From Hydrolagus affinis (taxonomy: Eukaryota), in contig JAAILG010000163.1 of NCBI GenBank assembly GCA_012026655.1, forward strand, positions 62,001-126,000: a stretch of DNA of 64,000 nt, given 5' to 3'. The notes under the pieces were generated by a model that was given only the letters and a program-made list of their open reading frames with translations, searched no databases and was not told where the DNA came from. Positions 63,161 through 64,000 of this stretch are shown one piece after another (within the stretch, counting starts at the first letter, position 1; each line of letters starts with the position of its first letter). A program made the translations under genes and the position numbers.

Positions 63161-64000
63161 TGAATCAAGACTGAAGTTAATAAAGCCATGTTCAACCATA
63201 GGCATTTTTGCACCTTTTTGTCAATGGGAACATTTTCCAGCTAATTCTGGTGTTTATTTTAACTAATCTGATGAAGAAATCAACACACTCTGGTCAGGGA
63301 AGTTCACCCACCAAACTGACCATCACCTCCAGAAGAGATTAGCAAACTCTAGAGAGAGAGATAGAGGACTGTAAGAGATCAGTCTCCCATGGCAAACAAA
63401 TTGGAATTGGATAAATATAAAATGGATAGTGAGCAAAACCTGAGCACGACTTAGGTTAGCATTGTGTCAGAATTTGTTTATGACGGAGTTGGTAATGAGA
63501 GCCAATTTGCTACCTAACTTGTGCATAGCAAGCATTTCAGGTCAGATTAATTTTCCCTGCCATAGACATGAAGGCGGTGCACGTGAAGATTTGTGACTGT
63601 TCAATTTGGGATAGTAAATGTGAAAGTCATTCTAAGACCATAAATGGACAATATTGCAATATTGTGTTCATTTAACTGAGTAATTAGTCTACGGGCTTCA
63701 AAATATCTCCATAGTACAACTGTGCATCTCCTCTTATGTCTCATTTGCTTAGAATCTGTTATAATATTACAGTCTGTTATAATATTACAAATATTGATCA
63801 TTTGGGAAATATTCATTCATGGTTCCAATGCTGGTTGGCCAGACACCCATCTTTAGTTTCAATTGTACATTGCAACTGATTGTTTACAGGTATATGGATG
63901 TCGCGAGGCTTAGAATTAACTTGCCACTTTACAAGTATATACGTAAAATATTTATGCTGAAGGAATACAGTCAGCGGGAGGCTCTCAGAATAGACTGGAG

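Noticed and set aside
63268-63290. Other CTGATGA motifs (also near 76, 207, 26560, 51855, 52040, 61625) as hammerheads
   Set aside because: None is followed by a stem II plus GAAA arrangement
63755-63789. 18-bp period tandem duplication; similar short ones near 5414, 15939, 40530, 59540
   Set aside because: Ordinary replication-slippage products with no further structure

Overview
AT-rich, non-coding eukaryotic DNA with no supportable host protein-coding exon. The repeat content suggests a cartilaginous fish, probably a holocephalan such as Callorhinchus (inference). That content comprises tRNA-headed SINEs with L2-like tails, Deu-domain SINEs, L2 and CR1 LINE 3' fragments, and a Penelope-type terminal fragment. 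The only protein-like ORFs are decayed CR1/L2 ORF2 C-termini. Repeat-free blocks rich in TGACAG and TGATNNAT motifs look like conserved non-coding enhancers of a large intron or gene desert near a developmental gene, which I cannot name. The most notable observations are: an apparently intact minimal type-I hammerhead ribozyme (9716-9754, minus strand); a 196-bp MITE with perfect 21-bp TIRs; an older palindromic MITE family with 5-6 copies; a 46-bp near-perfect inverted repeat 0.93 kb apart; an 84-bp direct duplication; a perfect 16-bp hairpin; and a candidate 5-nt microexon or terminal exon. Repeat boundaries were read by eye and are approximate.
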